Assembly (NCBI GenBank): GCA_044371095.1
Contig: JBILUH010000002.1
Coordinates: 18,227-82,226 of the forward strand
DNA: 64,000 nt
Direction: 5' to 3'
DNA from: Cyanobium sp.
Lineage (GTDB): Bacteria; Cyanobacteriota; Cyanobacteriia; PCC-6307; Cyanobiaceae
A program made the translations under genes and the position numbers. Below the pieces are notes generated by a model. It was given only the letters and a program-made list of their open reading frames with translations, was not told where the DNA came from and made no database searches. Of this stretch, positions 40,719 through 49,734 are shown one piece after another (the first letter of the stretch is position 1; the number at the start of each line of letters is the position of its first letter).

Positions 40719-41021
40719 ATGCCACTGCTGCAACGCTGTGAGCTGGCCATGCCGAGCCGACCCCTGGGCCACCAAGTCGTCGTGCGCCAGCCGATCCGGC
40801 TGCTGCACCTCCTGGACGGTCTGTTCACCCAGGCCTCGCTGACGCGACACAGCTCCGGGGTGACCCTGAGGCGTCAACGCCAGCGACTGGCCCTCACCCA
40901 GCGCCTGCTCGATCCGCTGCCGGAGACCCTGGCGCCACCGCACCGGGTGGAGGTGATGTTCTGGCGCGGGTTGCGCTGGGCGACCGCAGGATTGCTGCTG
41001 GCCTGGTTGCTGAGGGGCTAG
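40719..41021 (+). CDS. hypothetical protein with C-terminal hydrophobic tail
   Basis: 100 codons from ATG 40719 (MPLLQRCELAMPSRPLGHQ...GLRWATAGLLLAWLLRG), with GC3-rich codons. The start may instead be ATG 40749. Confidence 0.4.
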   Translation: MPLLQRCELAMPSRPLGHQVVVRQPIRLLHLLDGLFTQASLTRHSSGVTLRRQRQRLALTQRLLDPLPETLAPPHRVEVMFWRGLRWATAGLLLAWLLRG

Positions 41022-42101
41022 CGCGGTTTCCGCGCCGTCCAGACCCGGGTCATGAAGTGGGATTCGGCGGCGATGGCCTCAAAGCCAGCTTGGCGCAGAC
41101 GGCCATCGATGTTGTCACTGATGTAGTCGCGGTAGTAGGGCTCGTGGAACACGCGCCGGAAGTTTTCCATGGCAGCGCTGAATTGGGGGGAATCGGCCAG
41201 CTGCACCGAGTCGGCCAGCACCACCACGCCGCCGGGCTCAAGCACCCGATAGGCCTCATTGATCACGGCCTGACGGGCCTCTCCGGGCAGCTCATGAAAC
41301 AGGAACACGCAGGTCAGGCCATGGAATGTGCCCTCTGCGAAAGGCATGTCTTCGCCATTGCCCTGTACGAGCTGGGGCAGCTCGCCGGGCAACTGGCTGA
41401 GCCATTTGTTGGCCTGGCGCAGGTAGGCCGTGGAGAGATCCAGGCCCACCAGTTGGGCCTGGGGCAGGGCGGCTCGGATCTGGCGCAGGGTGCGGCCGGT
41501 TCCCGTGGCCACGTCGAGCACCCGCAGCTGGCCGGCTGGGCGATCGGCGAAGGCTCTGATCCCCCGCAGCAGTGGCGCAAGCAACCGACGCCGCATGGGA
41601 TCGGCGGTGCCGTTGAACAGGATTTCCACCTGCAGGTCGTAGAGGGCGGCGGAGTGGTCGCTCAGGTAGCCGTCGGTCTGGTGATGAAAGTTCTGGAGGT
41701 AGTAGTCGGGGTAGGCGGCCGGATCCACATCGCGGGGCAGATCGCGCACATTGCGCTCGCTGCGCCGGGTCCAGGTGCTGGGCATGTCCAACCACACCAG
41801 GGGGTAGCGGCTGGCCCAGTCGAGCCAGGGAGCATCGAACAGCAACGACGCCGGATACAGCCCCTGTTCCGCCTCATGCCAATCCCGCTCGTGCAGGGCA
41901 TCCATGGATTGCTTGAGCCGGCCCATCAATTCCGGGGGCACCGGCACGGTTTTCGGGGTGCCATCCGGTGCGAGCAACCCCATCAGCCGGGTGCTCATCT
42001 CCTTGTGGGTCAGGCCCAGCAAAGCCTTGCCCTGCTGCATGGTTTGGTAGGCCAGCTTGGTGAGCTGATCGGGCATGGCTAGGCAATCGCGTACGGCCAT
42101 T
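41018..42101 (-). CDS. class I SAM-dependent methyltransferase
   Basis: Motif I VLDVATGTG and DMPFAEGTFHGLTCVFLFHELP. The start is ATG 42101 or 42077; the track start at 42166 is TTG. Confidence 0.8.
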
Positions 42102-42159
42102 CCAGCCGATCGCTCCGGCGAGCGCGAGCGGCGAAGACCTGTGAAGCTCCTGGTATTTC

Positions 42160-42173
42160 GTAGCAACAGCTAC
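42160..42173 (+). promoter_or_regulatory. perfect NtcA-type palindrome GTA-N8-TAC
   Basis: GTAGCAACAGCTAC lies 42 nt upstream of the ATG of the 79-aa ORF, in the divergent spacer shared with the methyltransferase gene. There is no TAN3T -10 element at the canonical +22 spacing on either strand. Confidence 0.45.
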
Positions 42174-42215
42174 AGAAAGCCATCCACAGTGGAGGAACAG
42201 ATCCAGGAGTACCCC

Positions 42216-42455
42216 ATGTTCCATGGCCCCCTTCAGCCGGGTCAGCCCATGCAGGCCGACCCCGCCTTCCAGACCTGGAGCCTCCAGCGCGCCCGCGACA
42301 ACCGTCGGCACGCGGCCGAACTGGCCCAGATCACCCAGCACCACGATCTCAATCCCGGCGGCGATGCGGTGCACCAGCTGCAGGCCTGGGCGCTGAGGCA
42401 GGCGCGGGAGAAGCACCTGCACGACAGCGCTATCGCCCAGATGCGCCACGTCTGA
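42216..42455 (+). CDS. small Arg/His/Gln-rich hypothetical protein (79 aa)
   Basis: MFHGPLQPGQPMQADPAFQTWSLQRARDNRRHAAELAQITQHHDL...LRQAREKHLHDSAIAQMRHV. AGGAG sits 6 nt upstream of the ATG. The gene is convergent with glnA. Confidence 0.55.
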   Translation: MFHGPLQPGQPMQADPAFQTWSLQRARDNRRHAAELAQITQHHDLNPGGDAVHQLQAWALRQAREKHLHDSAIAQMRHV

Positions 42456-42485
42456 GCGGGGCGACCTGAGCGTGCAGGCCTGACC
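42452..42485 (+). repeat. 14-nt periodic CTGA array following the small-ORF stop
   Basis: CTGAGCGGGGCGAC, CTGAGCGTGCAGGC, CTGACC... TGA occurs at 42453, 42467 and 42481, so there is one stop in each reading frame. Confidence 0.8.
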
Positions 42486-42490
42486 CCACC

Positions 42491-42520
42491 AACAAAAAAG
42501 CCCCAGCTGAAGCCAGGGCT
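42491..42520 (-). terminator. Rho-independent terminator of glnA
   Basis: The minus-strand RNA reads AGCCCUGGC-UUCA-GCUGGGGCU, a 9-bp stem with two G-U pairs, followed by UUUUUUG. Confidence 0.7.
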
Positions 42521-42555
42521 GAAAACAGAACCGATGCGAGGTCGGTTGGCTCCTC

Positions 42556-42611
42556 GATCAGGCGCGTTGGATCACACGCGTTGGATCAGACGCATTCGAT
42601 CAGGCGTCGTA
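42556..42611. repeat. 14-bp tandem repeat x4 spanning the glnA stop codon
   Basis: GATCAGGCGCGTTG, GATCACACGCGTTG, GATCAGACGCATTC and GATCAGGCGTCGTA. The last copy is the end of glnA (..YYDA-stop). Each copy carries GATC and, on the glnA strand, a TGA. Confidence 0.9.
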
Positions 42612-44018
42612 GTACATCACAAACTCGTGGGGGTGGGGCCGCTGGCGCAGCTGCTGCACCTCTTCGTATTTGAGGGCGATCCAGTTGTTGATGAAATCTT
42701 CGGTGAAGACGCCACCGGCTAGCAGGTAGTCCTTGTCGGCATCGAGGGCTTCCAGGGCACCGTTGAGGGAGGCGGGCACGGTGGAGATCTTGGCCAGCTC
42801 CTCCGCCGAGAGTTCGAACAGATCGACGTCGGTGCCGTCGCCTGGATCGATCTGGTTCTTGATGCCGTCGATGCCGGCCATCAGCATCGCCGCGAAGCCG
42901 AGGTAGGGGTTGGAGAGGGCATCACCGGAGCGGAATTCCAGCCGCTTGGCCTTGGGGCTTGGGCCGGTGAGCGGGATGCGCACGGCGGCTGAGCGGTTGC
43001 CCTGGGAGTACACCAGATTCACCGGTGCCTCGAAGCCCGGTACCAGACGCTTGTAGCTGTTGGTGGTTGGGTTGGTGAAGGCCAGGAAGCTGGGGGCGTG
43101 CTTGAGCAGGCCACCGATATACCAGCGGGCGGTCTGCGAGAGGTTGGCGTAGGTGCCTTCGCCGAAGAACAGGGGATTTCCGCCTTTCCACAGGCTCTGG
43201 TGCACGTGCATGCCGCTGCCGTTGTCAGCGAACACCGGCTTGGGCATGAATGTGGCCGTCTTGCCGTACTTCCTGGCGACGTTGCGCACCACGTACTTGT
43301 AGATCATCACGTTGTCGGCCGCGCTGATCAGCTCGGCAAACTTGATCCCCAGCTCGTGCTGCGCCGTTGCCACCTCGTGGTGCTGCTTCTCGATCGGCAC
43401 GCCGAGGCTGCCCATGGTGAGCAACATCTCAGTGCGCATGTCCTGGAGGGTGTCGTTGGGCGACACCGGGAAGTAGCCCTCCTTCAGTTGGATCTTGTAG
43501 GCCAGGTTGCCGCCCTCTTCAAGGCGAGCGGTATTCCAGGGGGCTTCGATCGAATCAACGCTGTAGAAGCTGCTGCCGCTACCAGAGGTGTAGCGCACAT
43601 CATCAAAGATGAAGAATTCGGGTTCCGGACCGAAGTAGGCCGTATCGGCGATGCCGGTCGAGCCGAGGTAACTGAGGGCCTTCTGAGCCAGGGCGCGGGG
43701 GCAGCGGGCGTAGGGCTGGCCGCTGCGGGGCTCCTGAATCGAGCAGATCAGGCTAAGAGTTTTGTGGCTGTAGAAGGGGTCGATCCAGGCGGTGTTCGGA
43801 TCGGGCACCATCGCCATGTCCGATTCATTGATGGCTTTCCAGCCGCGGATCGACGAGCCGTCGAAGGCCACACCATCGCTGAAGGCGGCCTCGTCGATCA
43901 GGTCGTGGCAGACGGTGAGGTGCTGCCACTTGCCGTGCAGGTCGACAAATTTGAGGTCGATCAGCTCGATGCCCTCGTCTTTGATCTGACGCAGGACGTC
44001 TTGGGCTGTTTTGGCCAT
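42600..44018 (-). CDS. glnA: glutamine synthetase type I
   Basis: The ORF begins [34 protein letters not shown] and shows full-length GS-I collinearity. The start at ATG 44018 is preferred over TTG 44027. Confidence 0.95.
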   Translation of the reverse strand: MAKTAQDVLRQIKDEGIELIDLKFVDLHGKWQHLTVCHDLIDEAAFSDGVAFDGSSIRGWKAINESDMAMVPDPNTAWIDPFYSHKTLSLICSIQEPRSGQPYARCPRALAQKALSYLGSTGIADTAYFGPEPEFFIFDDVRYTSGSGSSFYSVDSIEAPWNTARLEEGGNLAYKIQLKEGYFPVSPNDTLQDMRTEMLLTMGSLGVPIEKQHHEVATAQHELGIKFAELISAADNVMIYKYVVRNVARKYGKTATFMPKPVFADNGSGMHVHQSLWKGGNPLFFGEGTYANLSQTARWYIGGLLKHAPSFLAFTNPTTNSYKRLVPGFEAPVNLVYSQGNRSAAVRIPLTGPSPKAKRLEFRSGDALSNPYLGFAAMLMAGIDGIKNQIDPGDGTDVDLFELSAEELAKISTVPASLNGALEALDADKDYLLAGGVFTEDFINNWIALKYEEVQQLRQRPHPHEFVMYYDA

Positions 44019-44062
44019 GACGAACAAAAGTGTGGGTGCCGCCCTGGGCGCGGCGTGGCGGG

Positions 44063-44104
44063 ACCGTACGGATCGCCCCGGTGCAGCTTTGTAGCGCTTG
44101 TAAC
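44063..44104 (-). promoter_or_regulatory. candidate NtcA-activated glnA promoter
   Basis: The minus strand reads GTTACAAGCGCTAC (GT-N10-AC, one mismatch to GTAN8TAC), then exactly 22 nt, then TACGGT (TAN3T). The -10 element lies about 45 nt upstream of the glnA ATG. Confidence 0.5.
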
Positions 44105-44226
44105 CAAATCGCGGGCAGCGCTTGCGTAACCGTTTCTGTCAACTTCCCCAGAACGCACCCCAGGCCTGGGATTTGGCCAAATGTGAGTGCTACGTTCCGA
44201 TGCAGGTGCGTCGATTCGATCCCGCC

Positions 44227-44745
44227 ATGCGCGATGCCATCACTGGTCTGATTGGCCGTTACGACCAGCTCGGCCGCTATCTGGACCGGGACGCGATTGA
44301 CCGGATCTCGGCGTACTACTCCGAGTCGGGGGTACGGCTCGCGGCGGTTGAGCTGATCAACCGGGAAGCGGCGACGATCGTGCGCGAGGCGGCCCAGCGC
44401 CTTTGGTTGGCGGATCCAGAGTTGATCCTGCCGGGCGGAAATGCCTACACCACCCGCCGCCTCTCGGCCTGCCTGCGCGACATGGATTACTTCCTGCGTT
44501 ACGCGAGCTACGCCCTGATCGCCGACGACGCCTCCATTCTCAATGAGCGCGTGCTCAACGGCCTCGATGACACCTACAAGAGCCTGGGGGTGCCCACCGG
44601 TCCCACGGTCCGCAGCATCGCCCTGATGGCCGATGTGGTGTGCGAGATGTTGCTCGACGCCGGCGTGGCCTCCACGGCCGTGGTCCGGGCGCCGTTTGAG
44701 CACCTGTGCCGTGGTCTTGGTGCCACCAATGTGCGCGCTCGCTAG
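44227..44745 (+). CDS. apcF: allophycocyanin beta-18 subunit-like phycobiliprotein
   Basis: From ATG 44227 the ORF reads MRDAITGLIGRYDQLGRYLDRDAIDRI...PGGNAYTTRRLSACLRDMDYFLRYASYALIADDASILNERVLNGL. This is the APC-beta family pattern with the chromophore Cys. The ApcF assignment is from memory. Confidence 0.8.
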   Translation: MRDAITGLIGRYDQLGRYLDRDAIDRISAYYSESGVRLAAVELINREAATIVREAAQRLWLADPELILPGGNAYTTRRLSACLRDMDYFLRYASYALIADDASILNERVLNGLDDTYKSLGVPTGPTVRSIALMADVVCEMLLDAGVASTAVVRAPFEHLCRGLGATNVRAR

Positions 44746-44804
44746 GCCGTTCGCTGCTGCTTAGGCTCGACCCATCTGTTCATTCGGTCTTGGTTTCCCT
44801 TCCC

Positions 44805-45983
44805 GTGCTGCCCCCCGTCAACTCCGCCCACCGCCGCACGCTGGGTCCCATTGCCACTCCCGACCGCCTGCTGCTTGGTCCTGGGCCGTCCAATGCCCAT
44901 CCCACGGTGCTCCAGGCCCTGGCACGGACCCCGATCGGTCACCTCGATCCGCTCTACGTCGAGCTGATGGGTGAGGTGCAGGAACTGCTGCGTTATGCCT
45001 GGCAGACCGACAACCGCCTCACCATTCCGATGAGCGGCACCGGCAGTGCTGCCATGGAGGCCACCCTGGCCAACACGATCGAGCCGGGCGACACCGTTCT
45101 TGTGGCGGTGAAGGGCTATTTCGGTCTGCGTCTGGCCGACATGGCCGGCCGCTACAGGGCCAATGTCGTCACGCTGGAAAAGCCCTGGGGAGAAGCCTTC
45201 ACCCTGGCTGAGCTCGAAGTGGCGGTGGCCACCCACAAGCCCAAGATCCTGGCGATCGTCCATGCCGAAACCTCCACCGGCATCTGCCAGCCCATGGAAG
45301 GGATCGGTGATCTCTGCAATCAACACGACTGCCTGCTGCTGCTCGACACGGTCACCTCGCTGGGGGCCGTTCCCCTCTACCTCGATGCCTGGAAGGTCGA
45401 TCTGGCCTACAGCTGCAGCCAGAAGGGTCTGAGTTGCCCGCCGGGTCTCGGCCCCTTCACCATGGGGCCAAGGGCCGAGGCCAAGATGATGGCGCGCCAG
45501 GGGAAAGTGCCCAACTGGTACCTCGATGTCACCCTGCTCAACCAGTATTGGGGCAGCGATCGGGTGTACCACCACACGGCTCCGGTGAACATGAATTTCG
45601 GCATGCGCGAAGCCCTGCGCTTGCTGGCCGAGGAGGGACTGGAAGCGGCCTGGGCCCGGCATCGCAGCAATGCCGAGCGCCTCTGGGCCGGCCTGGAGCG
45701 CTTGGGCCTGGAGCTCCATGCCCCTGAGCAACTGCGCCTCCCGACCCTCACCACCGTGCGAATACCGTACGGTGTCGATGGCAAGGCCTTCAGCCTTCAC
45801 CTGCTCAACAAGCACGGCATTGAGGTGGGTGGCGGCCTGGGTGCCTTGGCGGGCCAGGTGTGGCGCATCGGCCTGATGGGCTACAACAGTCAACCCGAAA
45901 ACGTTGATCGGCTCCTCAATCTGTTCGAAACCGAGCTGCCGGCCTTCCGTCCCGCCGCGACCCCTGCCGCCGTCGCTGTCTGA
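44805..45983 (+). CDS. class V aminotransferase (serine-pyruvate/alanine-glyoxylate type)
   Basis: LLLGPGPSNAHPTVLQAL and the PLP-Lys region YSCSQKGL. The start is GTG 44805; the upstream part of the track ORF overlaps apcF. Confidence 0.85.
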   Translation: MLPPVNSAHRRTLGPIATPDRLLLGPGPSNAHPTVLQALARTPIGHLDPLYVELMGEVQELLRYAWQTDNRLTIPMSGTGSAAMEATLANTIEPGDTVLVAVKGYFGLRLADMAGRYRANVVTLEKPWGEAFTLAELEVAVATHKPKILAIVHAETSTGICQPMEGIGDLCNQHDCLLLLDTVTSLGAVPLYLDAWKVDLAYSCSQKGLSCPPGLGPFTMGPRAEAKMMARQGKVPNWYLDVTLLNQYWGSDRVYHHTAPVNMNFGMREALRLLAEEGLEAAWARHRSNAERLWAGLERLGLELHAPEQLRLPTLTTVRIPYGVDGKAFSLHLLNKHGIEVGGGLGALAGQVWRIGLMGYNSQPENVDRLLNLFETELPAFRPAATPAAVAV

Positions 45984-46524
45984 ACCACGCAGCCAGCTGG
46001 AGTCCGGCCGGTTCCCCCAACAGCCCGCCGATCACCCGCATGTGGTGATGGGCGCTGGCGTTGGTGGCGAGGTTGAGGCAGCTGCCCAGGGCTCCGCGCT
46101 TGGGATCCAGCGCTCCAAAGACAACGGTGCCCATGCGTGCTTGCACCAGGGCACCGGCGCACATCGGGCAGGGCTCCAGGCTGACCAGCAGGGTGCAGCC
46201 GTTGAAGCGCCAGTCGCCCCGAAGGCGTGCCGCCTGTGCCAGGGCCACCAATTCGGCATGGCCGAGAGGATCGGCCTGGGCCTCGCGTCGGTTGCTGCCC
46301 CAGCCGATGCAGCGTCCCACTTCATCCAGCACCACAGCCGCCACCGGAATCTCTCCGCTGGCGCCCGCCCGCTGGCCGTGGCGCAGCAGGCGCAGCATCC
46401 ACTGCTCATAGAGCCACAACGGCTCCTGGTGGTTCTCGTGGCGCTGCAGGGGCTCGGGCTGGGGGGCTGGGGATCGGCTGGACTCCAACGCCTGGACAGC
46501 GGCGACCTCTCCCTTGTAGCCCAC
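45916..46524 (-). CDS. tadA: tRNA adenosine(34) deaminase
   Basis: Zinc motifs GHAELVAL and PCPMCAGAL. The start is uncertain (GTG 46524 proposed). The 3' end overlaps the aminotransferase 3' end convergently by 68 nt. Confidence 0.8.
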   Translation of the reverse strand: MGYKGEVAAVQALESSRSPAPQPEPLQRHENHQEPLWLYEQWMLRLLRHGQRAGASGEIPVAAVVLDEVGRCIGWGSNRREAQADPLGHAELVALAQAARLRGDWRFNGCTLLVSLEPCPMCAGALVQARMGTVVFGALDPKRGALGSCLNLATNASAHHHMRVIGGLLGEPAGLQLAAWFRQRRRQGSRRDGRPAARFRTD

Positions 46525-46562
46525 CCCCGCAGGTGAGAATGGGATGATTCGAGCGTCCCCCG

Positions 46563-47978
46563 TTGGCAAGCGCGCCACCTGCCCCGCGGGCGAGCCAGCC
46601 CCTGCCATTTGCCAGTCCGGAGCAGCTGGACCCCAAACTGCAGGACTTTCTGGAGCAGGCATCCCGCCAGCTCTGCACCTGGCTGGGGACGGCTGCCCAG
46701 CGTTCGCCGCTACCTGGTCTGAGCGTGTTGCCGGGGGTGGAGCCAGCCCGGGAGGGTCTGGAGGCTGCCGCGCTGTTGGCCGACCTCCAGCTGGTGATGG
46801 ACGGCGCCTACAACCCCAACCATCCCGGTGCCCTGGCCCACCTCGATCCGCCGCCGGTGGGGGCATCCGTGGCGGCCGACCTGATCTGCGCCGGGCTTAA
46901 CAACAACCTGCTGGCTGAAGAGCTCTCCCCCAGCCTGACGCGCCTGGAGCGCAGTCTCACGGCCTGGGTGGCCGAGCAGCTGGGCCTGCCGGCCGGCAGC
47001 GGCGGTGTGGCGGCCAGTGGCGGCACCCTTTCCAACCTGATGGCCCTGGTCACGGCCCGGCGCTGCCGAGGCCTGGCGACCCAGGCCGATGCCGTGGTGC
47101 TGGCCAGCGCTGATGCCCACGTCTCGCTGGCGAAGGCCTTGGCGGTCATGGGCCTGCCTGCCGATGCCCTGTGCGCGATCCCGGTCGACGGTGAGGGACG
47201 CCTGGATCCGGGGGCTCTGGAGCTGGAACTCGATCAGCTGGCGCGAGCTGGGACACCGGTGATCGCCGTGGTTGCCACCGCGGGCACCACTGTGCGGGGA
47301 GCCGTCGATCCGCTGCATCCCATGGCCGAGATCTGCCGGCAACGCGGACTGTGGCTGCACGTCGATGGGGCGATCGGCGCTGTGTTCGGCCTGGTGGCCG
47401 GCCATCGTTTCCGGGTGGCGGGGCTGGAGCGGGCGGATTCGATCACGATCAACCCCCAGAAGCTGCTGGGCATCACCAAGACCTCTTCACTGTTGTTGCT
47501 CGCCAGACCGCAGGCCCTGGCCGAGGCCTTCCACACCGGCCTTCCCTACATGGAGCCGAGTTGGGGCGGTGGTCACGGTGGGGAGACGGGCTTGCAGGGA
47601 ACCCGACCCGCCGAGATTCTCAAACTCTGGCTTGGGCTGCGCCAGCTGGGTTTGGTGGGAATTGAGGCCGTGCTGGATGGGGCCATTCAGCGGCGCCGCC
47701 AGCTCGCAGCCCTGCTGCAGGCCAGTGGCCGTCTGCAGCTGTGCGGGGGATCCTTCCACCTGCTGGCCTTCACACCCCGGGGCTTGGATCGCCCTGCTGC
47801 CGAGCGCTGGAGTCAGCACACCCGCCAACGGCTGTTGGAGGAGCACCTGATGCTCTCGCGCCCCCTCTATGCCGGCCGGCACCACCTCAAGGCCGTGCTC
47901 GGCAATCCCCATACCCGCAGCAGCCATCTGGACACCCTGGCCAGGCTGGTGCATCTCAGCCTGGAGCAGCTCCCATGA
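46563..47978 (+). CDS. group II pyridoxal-dependent decarboxylase
   Basis: 471 aa with the PLP-lysine motif SITINPQKLLG and HVDGAIGA. The substrate cannot be assigned. Confidence 0.8.
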   Translation: MASAPPAPRASQPLPFASPEQLDPKLQDFLEQASRQLCTWLGTAAQRSPLPGLSVLPGVEPAREGLEAAALLADLQLVMDGAYNPNHPGALAHLDPPPVGASVAADLICAGLNNNLLAEELSPSLTRLERSLTAWVAEQLGLPAGSGGVAASGGTLSNLMALVTARRCRGLATQADAVVLASADAHVSLAKALAVMGLPADALCAIPVDGEGRLDPGALELELDQLARAGTPVIAVVATAGTTVRGAVDPLHPMAEICRQRGLWLHVDGAIGAVFGLVAGHRFRVAGLERADSITINPQKLLGITKTSSLLLLARPQALAEAFHTGLPYMEPSWGGGHGGETGLQGTRPAEILKLWLGLRQLGLVGIEAVLDGAIQRRRQLAALLQASGRLQLCGGSFHLLAFTPRGLDRPAAERWSQHTRQRLLEEHLMLSRPLYAGRHHLKAVLGNPHTRSSHLDTLARLVHLSLEQLP

Positions 47979-48235
47979 CCGATCCCTCTGCTGAATCACC
48001 GATTGCTTCCGGCTCTGTCTCCGCATCCGGCCGTGGCCGTTGGGTGGCGATCCTCACCGGCGCCATTTCGATTCTGATCGGCGTGCTCTACCTGGCCATG
48101 ATTGTGGTGCTCGACAGCCGGGGGCCCCTGCAGCCGCCGCCGCCGGAGGCGCTCGTCGACAGCGCCATCAGTCGGCCGGAGGCCGGGGCGGCAGGCTCGG
48201 TTGCTTCGCCTGCAGCGGATTCACCACCCGCCTGA
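47975..48235 (+). CDS. small single-TM protein
   Basis: An ATGA overlap with the decarboxylase stop gives MTDPSAESPIASGSVSASGRGRWVAILTGAISILIGVLYLAMIVVLD... Confidence 0.4.
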   Translation: MTDPSAESPIASGSVSASGRGRWVAILTGAISILIGVLYLAMIVVLDSRGPLQPPPPEALVDSAISRPEAGAAGSVASPAADSPPA

Positions 48236-49718
48236 ATGCCGCCTCGAGAAAGCGGTTCAGGGCCCCCTCTCGGCGGCTCAGGTCGTACTGCTGCTGCACG
48301 ACCTCCTGCACACCACCATCGCCCCAGTCCTGGTCGCGCTCGAAGTAGGTGACGAAACTGAGGCCCGCCACCCGGGTGAGCCAGGCCGCACTGATCGCCT
48401 GAATCGCCCGGCTCACCACCAGGGCGGGCAGATTCAGGCTCAGGGCCGCACTCAGGAGGCTGACACCCCCTTTCACCAGTCCCAGGCCGGCCATGGTGCG
48501 CCCCACCGACAGGGCCAGGTCCTGGGCGTTCTGGCGGCTGAGGCTGATGCCGTAGACCCGGCCGATCTCCACCACCATCTGGGCATTGACGGCCGCTGCT
48601 CCCAGCAGGTCGAGCCCCGGCAGGGGCGTGACGGCCAGCACCCCGGCCCCGATCCACATGTAGCGATCCACGATGGCTTCGCCGTCGCTGCGCCGCTGAC
48701 GCGCCAGCAGGGAGCGACTGGCTTCGCTGAGCTGGCGGCACTGCAGCAGCAGGTTGTCGGCGATCAGCTCCTCCCCATCGGCATGGAGCACCGCCGCGAT
48801 CCGGCGTAACAGCGGCTCGATTTCCGCTGGGGGTTGAAGTGGTCTGCCGCCGGGCATCGGCACGCTCTGGGGAGATGCGCTAGCCGGCAGCACATCCTCG
48901 GCGGCGATGCGGCCGCGGGTTCGCTGGCGCAGCAGCTGCAGCAGCCGTGCCTCCTCCTGCTCGCCCCGCAGGTCGCACTTGTTCAACACCAGCATCAGGC
49001 GCTTGCCCAGGCTGGCCAGGGCTTCAAACACCTCCAGTTCAGCGGCGCGCAGATCGCCGTCCACCACCAACAGCAGCAGGTCGGCTTTGCCGGCCTGCTC
49101 CCGGGCGAGCCGTTCCCGTTCCAACCCCTCCGCTCCGGCTTCGAGAATCCCCGGGGTGTCCACCAGCCATACGGCCCGCGGCAAGCCGCGCAGGCGCAGG
49201 CGGTAGCGCTGGCTGCCCGTGGTGGAGCCCATAGCGGCACCAACCTCACCGACAAGCTCCTGCAGCAGGGCTCGGATCAGTGAGGTCTTGCCGGAGGAGC
49301 CGATGCCGAACAGCACGATCACCAGGTCGCCCCGTTCCAGTTCGGCGGCCATGCGCTGGCGCTCCTGGCGCAGGGCTTCCCGCTCCACCGCATCCCGCAC
49401 CCGGTCGAGGGTTTGATCGATGGCGGCCAGGTTCTGGGCGGCGGCCTCGCGGCGGTTGCCGGGAGGTGGCAGCTGTGACGCAACGCCAGGGCCTGCCTTA
49501 CGCCCCAGAGCTGCCCGCAGCCACGGCCAGGCCAGCTGCACCAGCAGCAGCACCAGGCCGGCGAAGACCAGAAAAAACACCGGCTGGACGATCCAGTACG
49601 GGAGATACCAGCTCAATTGCAGGTAGAGCGTGTTGATGGCCTGCAGCACAACGCCCACGGCGATCAGGACCAGCAGGGCCAGGCCTGCGATCAACCACAG
49701 GCGGGTGCGGGGTTTCAT
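48168..49718 (-). CDS. membrane-associated GTPase (YcjF/DUF697-type C-terminus)
   Basis: N-terminal TM helices, G1 GIGSSGKTS, G3 DTPG and G4 NKCD, followed by a hydrophobic C-terminal domain. Confidence 0.75.
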   Translation of the reverse strand: MKPRTRLWLIAGLALLVLIAVGVVLQAINTLYLQLSWYLPYWIVQPVFFLVFAGLVLLLVQLAWPWLRAALGRKAGPGVASQLPPPGNRREAAAQNLAAIDQTLDRVRDAVEREALRQERQRMAAELERGDLVIVLFGIGSSGKTSLIRALLQELVGEVGAAMGSTTGSQRYRLRLRGLPRAVWLVDTPGILEAGAEGLERERLAREQAGKADLLLLVVDGDLRAAELEVFEALASLGKRLMLVLNKCDLRGEQEEARLLQLLRQRTRGRIAAEDVLPASASPQSVPMPGGRPLQPPAEIEPLLRRIAAVLHADGEELIADNLLLQCRQLSEASRSLLARQRRSDGEAIVDRYMWIGAGVLAVTPLPGLDLLGAAAVNAQMVVEIGRVYGISLSRQNAQDLALSVGRTMAGLGLVKGGVSLLSAALSLNLPALVVSRAIQAISAAWLTRVAGLSFVTYFERDQDWGDGGVQEVVQQQYDLSRREGALNRFLEAAFRRVVNPLQAKQPSLPPRPPAD

Positions 49719-49734
49719 CCGTCAAACCCAGGCA

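Noticed and set aside
42100-42215. Glutamine riboswitch in the leader of the 79-aa ORF
   Set aside because: Only GGAGGAAC vaguely resembles the conserved core, and I cannot reconstruct the full motif by eye. It is kept as something to test with covariance models, not as a call.
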